Assembly (NCBI GenBank): GCA_034667685.1
Contig: JAXDQU010000072.1
Coordinates: 1 to 20,703 of the forward strand
Direction of reading: 5' to 3'
Length of the DNA: 20,703 nucleotides
Source: Thermoplasmata archaeon
Lineage (GTDB): Archaea; Thermoplasmatota; SW-10-69-26; JACQPN01; JAJPHT01
In this document: piece after piece, positions 1 through 7,856 of the stretch
Layout: each line of letters starts with the position of its first letter
How positions within the stretch are numbered: the first letter of the stretch is position 1
Translations under genes and position numbers: made by a program
The notes under the pieces: generated by a model
Databases searched by the model: none
What the model was told of the DNA's origin: nothing
What the model saw: only the letters and a program-made list of their open reading frames with translations

Positions 1-26
1 AGGAGTGGCTACGATGCTCCCGACTC

Positions 27-56
27 GATAGTATATCACTCCTGAACGCATAGTAT
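27..56 (+). promoter_or_regulatory. Putative TATA-like promoter of yceI with ATAGTAT direct repeat
   Basis: AT-rich GATAGTATATC (27-37); TATAT ends 26 nt before ATG 63. ATAGTAT occurs at 28-34 and 50-56. Confidence 0.45.
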
Positions 57-62
57 GGTGCG

Positions 63-623
63 ATGTCCTCGCAGACTCAGACCCAGCAGCTCCCCGCGGC
101 CCAGACCTACGACCTCGACCTCGCGCACTCCAGCGCGCAGTTCGCCGTGCGCCACATGATGATCGCCACCGTCCGCGGCACCGTCGGCATCAAGTCCGCC
201 CAGGTCACGTTCGACCCGCGCGACGCGGCGAAGACGAGCATCGAGGCCGTCCTCGACGCCACGACGATCCACACCGGCGCCCCGCAGCGCGACGACCACT
301 TGCGCAGCGCCGACTTCTTCGACGTGGCGAGCTTCCCGACGTGGACGTTCCGGAGCACGCTCGTGGAGCAGGACGACGACGCGTTCACCGTGCACGGCGA
401 CCTGACGATCCGCGGCAACACGCACCCCGTGACGCTGAAGGTCGAGAAGCTCGGCGAAGGCACCGACCCGTGGGGCAACCGCAAGGTCGGCCTCGTGGCC
501 ACGACGCAGATCGACCGCACGAAGTGGGGCCTCACGTGGAACCAGGCGCTGGAGACCGGCGGCGTGCTCGTCTCCGAGAAGGTCAAGATCGAGCTCGACC
601 TGCAGCTTGTCCAGCGCAAGTGA
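63..623 (+). CDS. yceI: YceI-family polyisoprenoid/lipid-binding protein
   Basis: Motifs DLAHSSAQFAVRHMMIATVRG, IHTGAPQRDDHLRSADFFDV, GDLTIRG, DPWGNRKVG, IDRTKWGLTWN, GGVLVSEKVKIELDLQ. Confidence 0.95.
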   Translation: MSSQTQTQQLPAAQTYDLDLAHSSAQFAVRHMMIATVRGTVGIKSAQVTFDPRDAAKTSIEAVLDATTIHTGAPQRDDHLRSADFFDVASFPTWTFRSTLVEQDDDAFTVHGDLTIRGNTHPVTLKVEKLGEGTDPWGNRKVGLVATTQIDRTKWGLTWNQALETGGVLVSEKVKIELDLQLVQRK

Positions 624-679
624 CCCTCCGCGGGTCACGAAAAGCCAAACCCGAGAACGACGCGATCCCCAACCCGACG

Positions 680-1513
680 ATGACCCTCTCGAAGCTCCCC
701 GCATCCGCGCGCATGGGCGAGGTCACGCTCGCCGTGCACGATCTCGAGCGCAGCCTCGCCTACTACCACGACGTGCTCGGCTTCCGCATCCTCGCGCAGG
801 GCGGCGACGAGGCGCGCGTCGGTGGTGACGCGCCGCTGCTCCGCCTCGTGGAGGAGCGCGACGCCAAGCCGCGCCCGCGGAGCGTCAGCGGCCTCTACCA
901 CGTCGCGTACCTGCTGCCCACGCGCGCCGACCTCGGGCGGCTGATCAAGAAGGTCGCGCAGGAGCGCATCCCCGTGCAGGGCGCCTCCGACCACCTCGTG
1001 AGCGAGGCGCTCTACCTGGGCGACCCGGACGGCCACGGCATCGAGATCTACGCCGACCGGCCGCGCGACACGTGGAAGTGGCGCAACGCCACGCTGCACA
1101 TGGCGACCGAGCCGATGGACGTCGCGGGCGTCATCGCCGCCGCCGGTGATGGCACCTGGGCCGGCGTGCCCGAGGGCGCGGTCGTGGGGCACGTGCACCT
1201 CAACGTGGGCGACGTCGAGGAGGCCGAGGCGTTCTACCGCGACGCGGTCGGCTTCGACGTGACGGTGAACATCCCCTCGGCCTCGTTCCTGAGCGCCGGC
1301 GGCTATCACCACCACCTCGCCGTGAACGGCTGGGAGGGCATCGGCGCCCCGCCCGCGCCCAAGGGCACGCTGGGCCTGCGCGAGTACGAGATCCTCGTCC
1401 CCGACGAGGAGGCGCTGCGCGACTTCGCCAAGCGCGCGGGCGTCGACGTCAGCGACACGGCCGCGGCGCGCGATCCGAGCGGCAACGCGCTGCGCGTGCG
1501 CATTGCGCGCTAG
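680..1513 (+). CDS. catE: VOC/glyoxalase-family protein, CatE-like catechol 2,3-dioxygenase
   Basis: Motifs GLYHVAYLLP, GASDHLVSEALYLGDPDGHGIEIYADRP, GHVHLNV, FLSAGGYHHHLAVNGW. Start moved to ATG 680 (MTLSKLP) because the upstream part of the 341 ORF overlaps yceI. Confidence 0.9.
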   Translation: MTLSKLPASARMGEVTLAVHDLERSLAYYHDVLGFRILAQGGDEARVGGDAPLLRLVEERDAKPRPRSVSGLYHVAYLLPTRADLGRLIKKVAQERIPVQGASDHLVSEALYLGDPDGHGIEIYADRPRDTWKWRNATLHMATEPMDVAGVIAAAGDGTWAGVPEGAVVGHVHLNVGDVEEAEAFYRDAVGFDVTVNIPSASFLSAGGYHHHLAVNGWEGIGAPPAPKGTLGLREYEILVPDEEALRDFAKRAGVDVSDTAAARDPSGNALRVRIAR

Positions 1514-1986
1514 CTGCGCATCCGCGCGAGCGTCCAGCCCGAGAGCCCCAGCAGCGCGGCGAGCGTGAGCAGCAGCAGCGCGAGCCTGGCCATCGCGCTA
1601 CGCAAGCTCGGATCGTGCCGCAGCCATCCGAGCACGCCTTCATCTCCCAAGTTGGCGAACGGCGCGAGGCTCATCGCGACGACGGCGACCGACGCGAAGA
1701 CCTGCGCGGCCCACGCGACGCGCAACGCGCGCGGGCTTGCGCGCAGCGCGCCCCACGCCGCGCTCGCGCCCGCCAGGCCCAGGAGCAGGTAGGACGCAAG
1801 GGTCCACGGACCGACGAGCGCGACGCAGACGCCGTTCGCGCAGCTCCCCGACGCGCCCCCGGCGGACCAGTCCCAGCGCACGCCGCCGTAGCTCGCGGCG
1901 GTCCACGCCCAGGAGGCGGGGACGACGAGAAGCAGGAGCCCGATCGCGCCGGCCGTGCCGCGCGCGAGGGCCGAGGTCGCTCGCAC
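1510..1986 (-). CDS. Hypothetical multi-pass membrane protein
   Basis: 158-aa ORF with about 4 hydrophobic segments; fills the gap between catE and mazG; stop overlaps the catE stop. Confidence 0.6.
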   Translation of the reverse strand: MRATSALARGTAGAIGLLLLVVPASWAWTAASYGGVRWDWSAGGASGSCANGVCVALVGPWTLASYLLLGLAGASAAWGALRASPRALRVAWAAQVFASVAVVAMSLAPFANLGDEGVLGWLRHDPSLRSAMARLALLLLTLAALLGLSGWTLARMRS

Positions 1987-2061
1987 GCCCGATCCTCCGC
2001 GCTCGACCTACATGAACCCGATCGGCGCAGGGCTTCGCCAGGGGCTGGAGCGCGGTTTGGC

Positions 2062-2367
2062 TCAGAGCGGCCTCGCGGTGGGCTCCGGGCACGCGCACGG
2101 CTTCGCGCCGCACCGCTTGCACGTCGCGGGGTACTTCGCCGCGAAGGCGCGCTCCAGGTCGACGTCGAGCAGGTTGGCCAGGGAGGCGAGCCAGGCGAGC
2201 ACGTCGGCCATCTCCTCTTCCAATCCCTGCCGCTCGCCGCGGCGCACGGCCTCGGCCAGCTCGCCCACCTCCTCGACCATCCAGAGCATGGTGCCCGTCG
2301 CGCCGCGGCGGCGATCCTTCGCGAGGTACAGCTCGCCGACGTGCTTCTGGAGCTCCGCGACCCTCAT
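2062..2367 (-). CDS. mazG: MazG-like nucleotide pyrophosphohydrolase (single domain, Cys-rich tail)
   Basis: WMVEEVGELAEA...EEEMADVLAWLASLANLLDVDLE motif and C-terminal CKRC..PCAC. ATG at 2367 overlaps the upstream stop (ATGA). Confidence 0.9.
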   Translation of the reverse strand: MRVAELQKHVGELYLAKDRRRGATGTMLWMVEEVGELAEAVRRGERQGLEEEMADVLAWLASLANLLDVDLERAFAAKYPATCKRCGAKPCACPEPTARPL

Positions 2368-2855
2368 GATAGCAAAGCCTCCGCCCGCGCGACGGCCTCG
2401 TCGGGCGTGCGGCCGGTGGCGAGGACGAACTGCGCGAACTGGATCGCGTCGGCGCCGCGGAGCTTCTCCAGCGCCGCGAGCGCGCTCTCCAGCGTGGTCT
2501 TGCCGCGGACGGCGGCCGGGATCGGCCGTTTCGCCTGCCCTTCGACCATCGCGATCGCCATGACCTCCTTCTTCGCGCGCAGCATGAGCGCGTGCATGCC
2601 GGCGAACGGGTGGGGGGAGCGCGCGCCGATGACCAGCAGGCGGTCGAGGTGCGGGTCGTAGTCGGCGACCTCCACGAAGTCGGCCGGAGTCAGCGCCTCG
2701 AAGGGAGCCTGGGCGTGCGTCGTCGTGCGGAGGCCGTTGCGCGCCGAGAGCAGGCCGCTCCCGTGGCCGCGCTCCGCGAGCCTTCGGGCGCCGGCCAGCA
2801 GCGGCTCGACGGCGGGGGACGCGCTGGCTTCGCCGCTGAGGAACTCGGGATTCAC
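2364..2855 (-). CDS. Class II aldolase/adducin-fold-like protein, degenerate
   Basis: From GTG 2855: GSGLLSAR, LTPADFVEV, MHALMLRAKKEVMAIA parallel GNxSxR / L..dlv.v / mH..iyr.rpdv.av of class II aldolases. Translationally coupled to mazG. Confidence 0.6.
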   Translation of the reverse strand: MNPEFLSGEASASPAVEPLLAGARRLAERGHGSGLLSARNGLRTTTHAQAPFEALTPADFVEVADYDPHLDRLLVIGARSPHPFAGMHALMLRAKKEVMAIAMVEGQAKRPIPAAVRGKTTLESALAALEKLRGADAIQFAQFVLATGRTPDEAVARAEALLS

Positions 2856-2939
2856 GTCCCGCCATCTGCTCGGCGGCGGATGACCCTGCCGGGGTTCGTC
2901 TGAGAAGGGCCTTCGTCGCGCCGCCCCTCCTGCCCGCGC

Positions 2940-5387
2940 TTGCCTCTCCGCGCCCTGCCGCTGCTGCTCGCGCTCGCCATGAGCCTCCCCCCGCTGGCGG
3001 TCGCCACGCACGATGATGGTGGGCGCGGCGTCGCGGCGCTGGGCGGAAGCACCGTGCCCCAGCAGCCCGACCTCCTGACGATCGAGGCCGAGGACTTCGC
3101 GACGCACGACGCGGGCTTCCTCGCGCCCAACGACAGCGCGACCGGCGGGCTGGCGTGGGAGCTCCCCAGCTACGGCGGGATGAACGCGACGTTCGACACG
3201 CCCACGACGGGCACCGTCTGGTTCCGCATCTACGCGGGCGGCTGGCATCCCGACGGCACGAAGAACCCGCATCTGCACCTCTACGTCGACGGCTTCGAGC
3301 GCGCGGAGGCCGACGTGCGCGGCGGCTGGGGGCCGTACCTGCGCTCGCTCCCGCTGCTGGCCGGCCACCACACGATCCGCATCGAGAGCTTCAACAACTA
3401 CCGCGACGGCGGCACGGGCCCCACGGCGGAGCGCACGCTGCTGGTCGACCGCGTCGTCATCGAGAGGCCGACGCTCGCGGGCGCGCCGCAGGTGACTCCG
3501 GGCGGCAACGCGACCGTTACGGCCGCGCAGATCCACAGCGCGCTCACCGGCACGCTGCGCAGCGACTTCACGGCGCTCTCGGGCCAGGCGTGGTGGGAGT
3601 GGGGCGTGGGCTGCCTCGCCGAGACGTGGGTCGCGCGCGCCGACGAGGACGTGACGATGACCGCGCGGGTCCGCGGCTCGATGGTCAACGGCGAGGGCAC
3701 GCACGTCGTCATCAAGGAGGACGGCAGGCAGGCCGGCGCGTACTTCATCGACGAGGGCTGGAGCGCGCACGCGACGCGGATCGAGGCGGCGGCGGGCCCG
3801 CACGTGCTGGAGGTCTGCTACGACAACGACCGCCCCGGCGAGAAGCGCGACCTCTACCTCGACGAGCTATCGTTCGCGGCCGAGGCGGACGCGCCAGCCT
3901 GGGCGAGCGCGAACGACGGGCCCGCCAACGACCGCGCGCCGCCGAGCGCGATCACGCCGGCGAACGCCAGGAGCGCCGCGCCCGCGTGGAGCTATCGCGC
4001 CGCGGGGCCGGTGACGGGCACGCCCGCGATCGTGGACGGCGTCGTCTACTTCGGCGACGGCGGCGGCTCCGTCCACGCGCTTCGACTCGCGGACGGCCAC
4101 GAGGTCTGGAGCGTCAAGCGCGGAGCGCCGGTCGACAGCAGCGTGGCGGTGGACGGCGACCTCGTGCTCGTGGCGGACGCGCGCGGCAACCTCTCCGCGC
4201 TGCATCGCGCCGACGGCAGCGAGGCGTGGCGGACGCAGGTGGACGCGACGCCCGGCGCGCACCTCTACGGCTCGCCCGTGCCCTACGGCGGGCGCGTCTA
4301 CCAGGGCGTCGCCTCCGAGCAGACGCTCCTGGAATGGCAGGGCGCGCAGGACTTCCGCGGCGGGGTCGCGAGCCTCGACGAGAAGACGGGCGCCATCCTC
4401 TGGCGCGCGTACACCGCGCCGCCCGGAAGCGCCGGCGTCTCAGTGTGGAGCACGCCCGCGCTCGACCCGGCGCTGGGCCTGCTCTACGTCGGCACGGGCA
4501 ACGCCTACGCCCCGCCGGCGGGCGCGCTGAGCGATGCGATGCTGGCGCTGCGCATGGACGACGGCAGGGTCGCGTGGAGCTATCAGGCGACGTCCAACGA
4601 CACGTTCAACGGCCGCGGCGGCCCCGGCCCCGACCGCGACCTGGGCGCATCGCCCAACCTCTTTGATATCAACGGCCGCGCGGTCGTCGGCGAGGGCGAC
4701 AAGGGCGGCGTCTACTACGCGCTGGACCGCGCGACGGGCGCGCTCGTCTGGCGCGGCGCGGTCAACTTCAGCGCGCCCGGCTACGCGGCCTCGCAGGTCG
4801 AGGGCTTCCTGGGCACGGCGGCCGTCGCCGGCGGCATCGTCTACGCGCCCACGACCGCGCGCGCGATGGTGCACGCGCTCGACGCGACGACGGGCCGCGT
4901 GATCTGGGAGCGTGAGCTGGACGCGATGCCGCAGACGTACGGCGCGCGCATGTTCGGCCCCGCCACGGCCACCGGAGGCGTCGTACTCCAGGGCACCTCC
5001 AGCGGGCGCGTCTTCCTTCTCGATGCCACCTCCGGCGCCATGCTCGCGAACTTGAGCGCGGGCGGCTCCGTGGAGGGCGGCATCAGCGTCTCCGGCGCGA
5101 CGTTCGTGGTGCCCGACGTCGGCGCCGACCTCTGGAGCGGGGGCGGCGGCGTCTCGGCCTATCGCCTCAACGCCACGCCCATCCCCCTGACGTTCCCCAG
5201 CCCCAGCGCCAGCCCAAGCCCCAGCCCTTCCGGCGGCGACGTCATCCACGTCACGAGCCCGCCTTCGGAGAGCGCGGCGCCGGGGCAGGCCGGCGTCGTC
5301 AACGGCCGCGTCCCGGGGCCCGCGCCGTGGCTGGTCGTCCTGGCCGCGCTCGGCGCGCTCGCCACACGAGGAGCGAGGCGCCGATGA
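2940..5387 (+). CDS. Secreted surface-anchored protein: two CBM-like beta-sandwich repeats, PQQ-type beta-propeller, Pro/Ser linker, sorting tail
   Basis: N-terminal signal peptide. Repeated HTIRIESFNN..ERTLLVDRV / HVLEVCYDND..KRDLYLDEL. Propeller repeats (VHALRLADGHEVW, ALDRATGALVW, VWSTPALD..LYVGTGN, DRDLGASP). PSPSASPSPSP linker, then VPGP-hydrophobic-RRR end. TTG start is uncertain. Confidence 0.85.
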   Translation: MPLRALPLLLALAMSLPPLAVATHDDGGRGVAALGGSTVPQQPDLLTIEAEDFATHDAGFLAPNDSATGGLAWELPSYGGMNATFDTPTTGTVWFRIYAGGWHPDGTKNPHLHLYVDGFERAEADVRGGWGPYLRSLPLLAGHHTIRIESFNNYRDGGTGPTAERTLLVDRVVIERPTLAGAPQVTPGGNATVTAAQIHSALTGTLRSDFTALSGQAWWEWGVGCLAETWVARADEDVTMTARVRGSMVNGEGTHVVIKEDGRQAGAYFIDEGWSAHATRIEAAAGPHVLEVCYDNDRPGEKRDLYLDELSFAAEADAPAWASANDGPANDRAPPSAITPANARSAAPAWSYRAAGPVTGTPAIVDGVVYFGDGGGSVHALRLADGHEVWSVKRGAPVDSSVAVDGDLVLVADARGNLSALHRADGSEAWRTQVDATPGAHLYGSPVPYGGRVYQGVASEQTLLEWQGAQDFRGGVASLDEKTGAILWRAYTAPPGSAGVSVWSTPALDPALGLLYVGTGNAYAPPAGALSDAMLALRMDDGRVAWSYQATSNDTFNGRGGPGPDRDLGASPNLFDINGRAVVGEGDKGGVYYALDRATGALVWRGAVNFSAPGYAASQVEGFLGTAAVAGGIVYAPTTARAMVHALDATTGRVIWERELDAMPQTYGARMFGPATATGGVVLQGTSSGRVFLLDATSGAMLANLSAGGSVEGGISVSGATFVVPDVGADLWSGGGGVSAYRLNATPIPLTFPSPSASPSPSPSGGDVIHVTSPPSESAAPGQAGVVNGRVPGPAPWLVVLAALGALATRGARRR

Positions 5388-5787
5388 GCGCGACGCCCGC
5401 GTAGAGGGCGCCCATCTCCCAGGCGCGGGGCGCGTGCGACGTCCCGGCCGCGGCGACGTGCACGGTGGCGACCATGCCTTGATAGCTTCCGTCCGGCTGC
5501 GCCGCGGAGTGCGGCAGGCAGCGCAGCGTGTACGTGCCGGCCTCGTCGAAGACGAGCGTCACGGACTCGCCCGGCCGAAGCACCTTGTCCACGGTCGCGC
5601 CGCCGTCCCACGCGCTGGTCACGGTGTGCGGCACGTCGTCCGCGTTCACGAAGCGGATCGCGTCGCCCGCGCGCGCCTGCACGTCGTGGGGCGCGTACGC
5701 GCCGCCCGCGAGGCGCACCTCGACGGGGGCGTCCGCGCGCGCGGGAAGCGCCAGCGCGACCACGAGCAGGAGAAGGAGCGCGCGCAC
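5299..5787 (-). CDS. Cupredoxin (plastocyanin/halocyanin-like type-1 copper protein) with signal peptide and C-terminal TM anchor
   Basis: GTG 5787 VRALLLLLVVALALPARA signal; GDAIRFVNADDVPHTVT, F.EAGTYTLRCLPH...GMVATVHV with His/Cys/His/Met ligands; hydrophobic helix plus basic tail. Confidence 0.85.
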   Translation of the reverse strand: MRALLLLLVVALALPARADAPVEVRLAGGAYAPHDVQARAGDAIRFVNADDVPHTVTSAWDGGATVDKVLRPGESVTLVFDEAGTYTLRCLPHSAAQPDGSYQGMVATVHVAAAGTSHAPRAWEMGALYAGVALIGASLLVWRARRARPGRPATARAPGRGR

Positions 5788-5813
5788 GCGCGTGCCTCTC
5801 GCGGGGCGGCGCC

Positions 5814-6461
5814 TCAGGGTTGTGGAGCGCGCCTCGAAGGCTCCGCCACGTAACGCAGCTTGAGGTCCTCCGCGCCCACCACGCCGACGCGCGGAGTGGC
5901 CTCGACGCGCGCCGCGGGCTCGCCCCGCTCGAAGCGCAATTCGCCCCGCGTCATGTCCGCGCCGTAGAGCCGCCGCGTCACGCCGAGCGCCTGGCAAAGC
6001 TTGCCCGGACCGTTCGCCAGCTCGCGCAGCGGGCGCCCCTTGCGGCGGCGCGCCATCTGCTCGACGCCTTCGACCGGATCGAGCGCGCGCAGCAGCACGG
6101 CCTGCGGCTCCCCATCCGGTCCGGTGGTCACGTTGAGGCACTCGTGCATGCCATAGATCAGGTAGACGTACGCGTGCCCCGGCGGCCCGTACATCACGCG
6201 GTTGCGCGCCGTCGTCCCGACGAACGAATGCGAGGCCGGATCGCCCTCGCGCATCAGCCGCGCCCGGAGCCGCGCGGGCATGTCGTCGCGCTGCGCGAGC
6301 TGCGGATTGCGCCCCGGCGGCCCGAAGTAGGCTTCCGTCTCGACGATGCGCCCCGACGCGCGCCCCTCCGGCGTCTCGTGCACGAGCAGGTGCCCGAGGA
6401 GCTGGCGCGCCACGAGATCGGCATCCTGCGCGAAGAACGAGCGCGGGAGCGTGGGGGGCAC
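5814..6461 (-). CDS. mpg: DNA-3-methyladenine glycosylase (MPG/AAG family)
   Basis: VARQLLG, GRIVETEAY, DPASHS, GPPGHAYVYLIYGMHECLNV, AVLLRALDP, LANGPGKLCQAL, TPRVGV. Confidence 0.95.
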   Translation of the reverse strand: MPPTLPRSFFAQDADLVARQLLGHLLVHETPEGRASGRIVETEAYFGPPGRNPQLAQRDDMPARLRARLMREGDPASHSFVGTTARNRVMYGPPGHAYVYLIYGMHECLNVTTGPDGEPQAVLLRALDPVEGVEQMARRRKGRPLRELANGPGKLCQALGVTRRLYGADMTRGELRFERGEPAARVEATPRVGVVGAEDLKLRYVAEPSRRAPQP

Positions 6462-6464
6462 ACG

Positions 6465-6548
6465 TCCCCAGCCTCAGCCTGAGCCTAAGCCTTGGCCCCC
6501 GTGGCAGGCGCCGGAGGCCAAGGCTAAGGCGCGGGCTGAGGCTGGGGA
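6465..6548. repeat. 33-bp imperfect inverted repeat built from AGCCTN hexamers (REP/MITE-like palindrome)
   Basis: Left arm 6465-6497 TCCCCAGCCTCAGCCTGAGCCTAAGCCTTGGCC matches the reverse complement of right arm 6516-6548 at 30/33 positions; 18-nt loop. Confidence 0.9.
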
Positions 6549-6551
6549 GCC

Positions 6552-7007
6552 GTGGCCGCGGACCTCAGCGCCCTGACGCAGGTCATCCAGGCCACGCTCG
6601 CGCCGATGTTCCTCGTGAGCGGCGGCGCCATCTTCCTGAACTTCACCCAGGCGCGCCTCTTCCGCGTCATCGACCGCCTGCGCGCGGTGGGCAAGGAGCT
6701 GGAGCACGCGGGCCCGGGTGTCGTGGCGCAATTGCGCTGGCAGCGCGAGCACCAGCTCCGCCGCGCGGTCATCCTGCGCAACGCCATCCTCTTCGGCATC
6801 ATCGTGATCCTCTTCACCGTGCTCACCGCGATCCTGCTGCTCGCGAGCGACGCCCTCGCGAGCTTCGATCCGGGCAAGTGGCCGCTGATCACGTTCGCGC
6901 TCGCGATGGTCGCGTTCACCGTCGCGCTCGTGCTGGTGACCGTCGACGCCTATCTCTCGGTGGCGGCGGCGCGCCACACCGCGCGCGAGTTCCACGAGGG
7001 GCGGTAG
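6552..7007 (+). CDS. DUF2721-like membrane protein
   Basis: VIQATLAPMFLVSGGAIFLN..RLFRVIDRLR..LRRAVILRNAI pattern with three hydrophobic helices. Confidence 0.8.
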   Translation: MAADLSALTQVIQATLAPMFLVSGGAIFLNFTQARLFRVIDRLRAVGKELEHAGPGVVAQLRWQREHQLRRAVILRNAILFGIIVILFTVLTAILLLASDALASFDPGKWPLITFALAMVAFTVALVLVTVDAYLSVAAARHTAREFHEGR

Positions 7008-7124
7008 CCCTCCCCGCGGCGGATCGTCGCGCACGAAAGCCGGGCCTTGGCCCAGCGCCTGGAGGACCCGCGCGTTCGAGGCTTGAACCCGAACCGGCTT
7101 GGCGTCGCGCGAGGACGGGGAGGC

Positions 7125-7832
7125 ATGGCGCTGACCACGCTCGTCGAGGATCCCCTCGTCGACACCCTCGTCGGCGCCGGCGCCCTGGCCTTCGTCGCCG
7201 GCTTCGCCATCCTGGCCCTCCTCACCGACCCGCCCGTCTGGGCGTACCTGCTGACGCTCCTCCTCGGGCTCGCCTTCGCCGCCGTCTGGCTCGCCGCGCT
7301 CACCCTCGCCGCGCGCCGTCGCCGCCCCGAGTGGGACGCGCTCATGCGCGGGCTGGGGTTCCGGGCCGCACCGGGCCGCGGCACGCGCCTGCTCTTCGTG
7401 CGCCTCGACGCGTACGAGCGCGCGGAGCCCGATGGCGCGACCTTGACCGCGCGCCACTGGCCCGGCGCCCAGGGGCACGTCGCCCTCCGCGTCCGGACGC
7501 CCTGGGGCGACGTGCGCGAGCGGACCACGCGCAGCCTGGACCCCGTGGTCGTCCGCGCGGCGCTCGACGGGCTCGTGGCGGGGACCGGGGGCGAAGCGGA
7601 AGCCGAGCCGGGCGACGAGGACGGGCCGAGGTGGAAGCGCGTCGCGAAGGGCACGCTCGGCGTCGTGGCCCTCGGGGGCGTCATCCTGGGCTGGTCGAGC
7701 CTCGACGCCGGATGGTCGCCGCGGGCGCAAGCCGCCGTCCTCGCGCTTCCGGCCGCCATCGCCGTCGGGATGCTCGTGGCGCGCGCGGCGGGGCTCTGGC
7801 GGGCGCGCCGGCGGGGCGTGAAAAACGCTTAA
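7125..7832 (+). CDS. Hypothetical membrane protein
   Basis: ATG 7125 preceded by GGGGAGGC; about 4 hydrophobic segments around a soluble stretch; ends at TAA 7830-7832. Confidence 0.65.
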   Translation: MALTTLVEDPLVDTLVGAGALAFVAGFAILALLTDPPVWAYLLTLLLGLAFAAVWLAALTLAARRRRPEWDALMRGLGFRAAPGRGTRLLFVRLDAYERAEPDGATLTARHWPGAQGHVALRVRTPWGDVRERTTRSLDPVVVRAALDGLVAGTGGEAEAEPGDEDGPRWKRVAKGTLGVVALGGVILGWSSLDAGWSPRAQAAVLALPAAIAVGMLVARAAGLWRARRRGVKNA

Positions 7833-7834
7833 AT
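7820..7834 (+). promoter_or_regulatory. Archaeal BRE/TATA promoter of atpD
   Basis: GAAAAACGCTTAAAT: purine-rich BRE plus TTAAAT, ending 22 nt before ATG 7857; a rare AT island in GC-rich DNA. Confidence 0.7.
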
Positions 7835-7856
7835 GGGGCAGTCGTCTCCCGGCGGC

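Noticed and set aside
2866-2930. Possible riboswitch or ncRNA between the aldolase-like and PQQ genes
   Set aside because: Only weak G-U-rich stems, as expected at this GC content; no recognisable aptamer consensus.
5191-5232. CCCAGC tandem repeats
   Set aside because: Explained by the Pro/Ser linker coding sequence.
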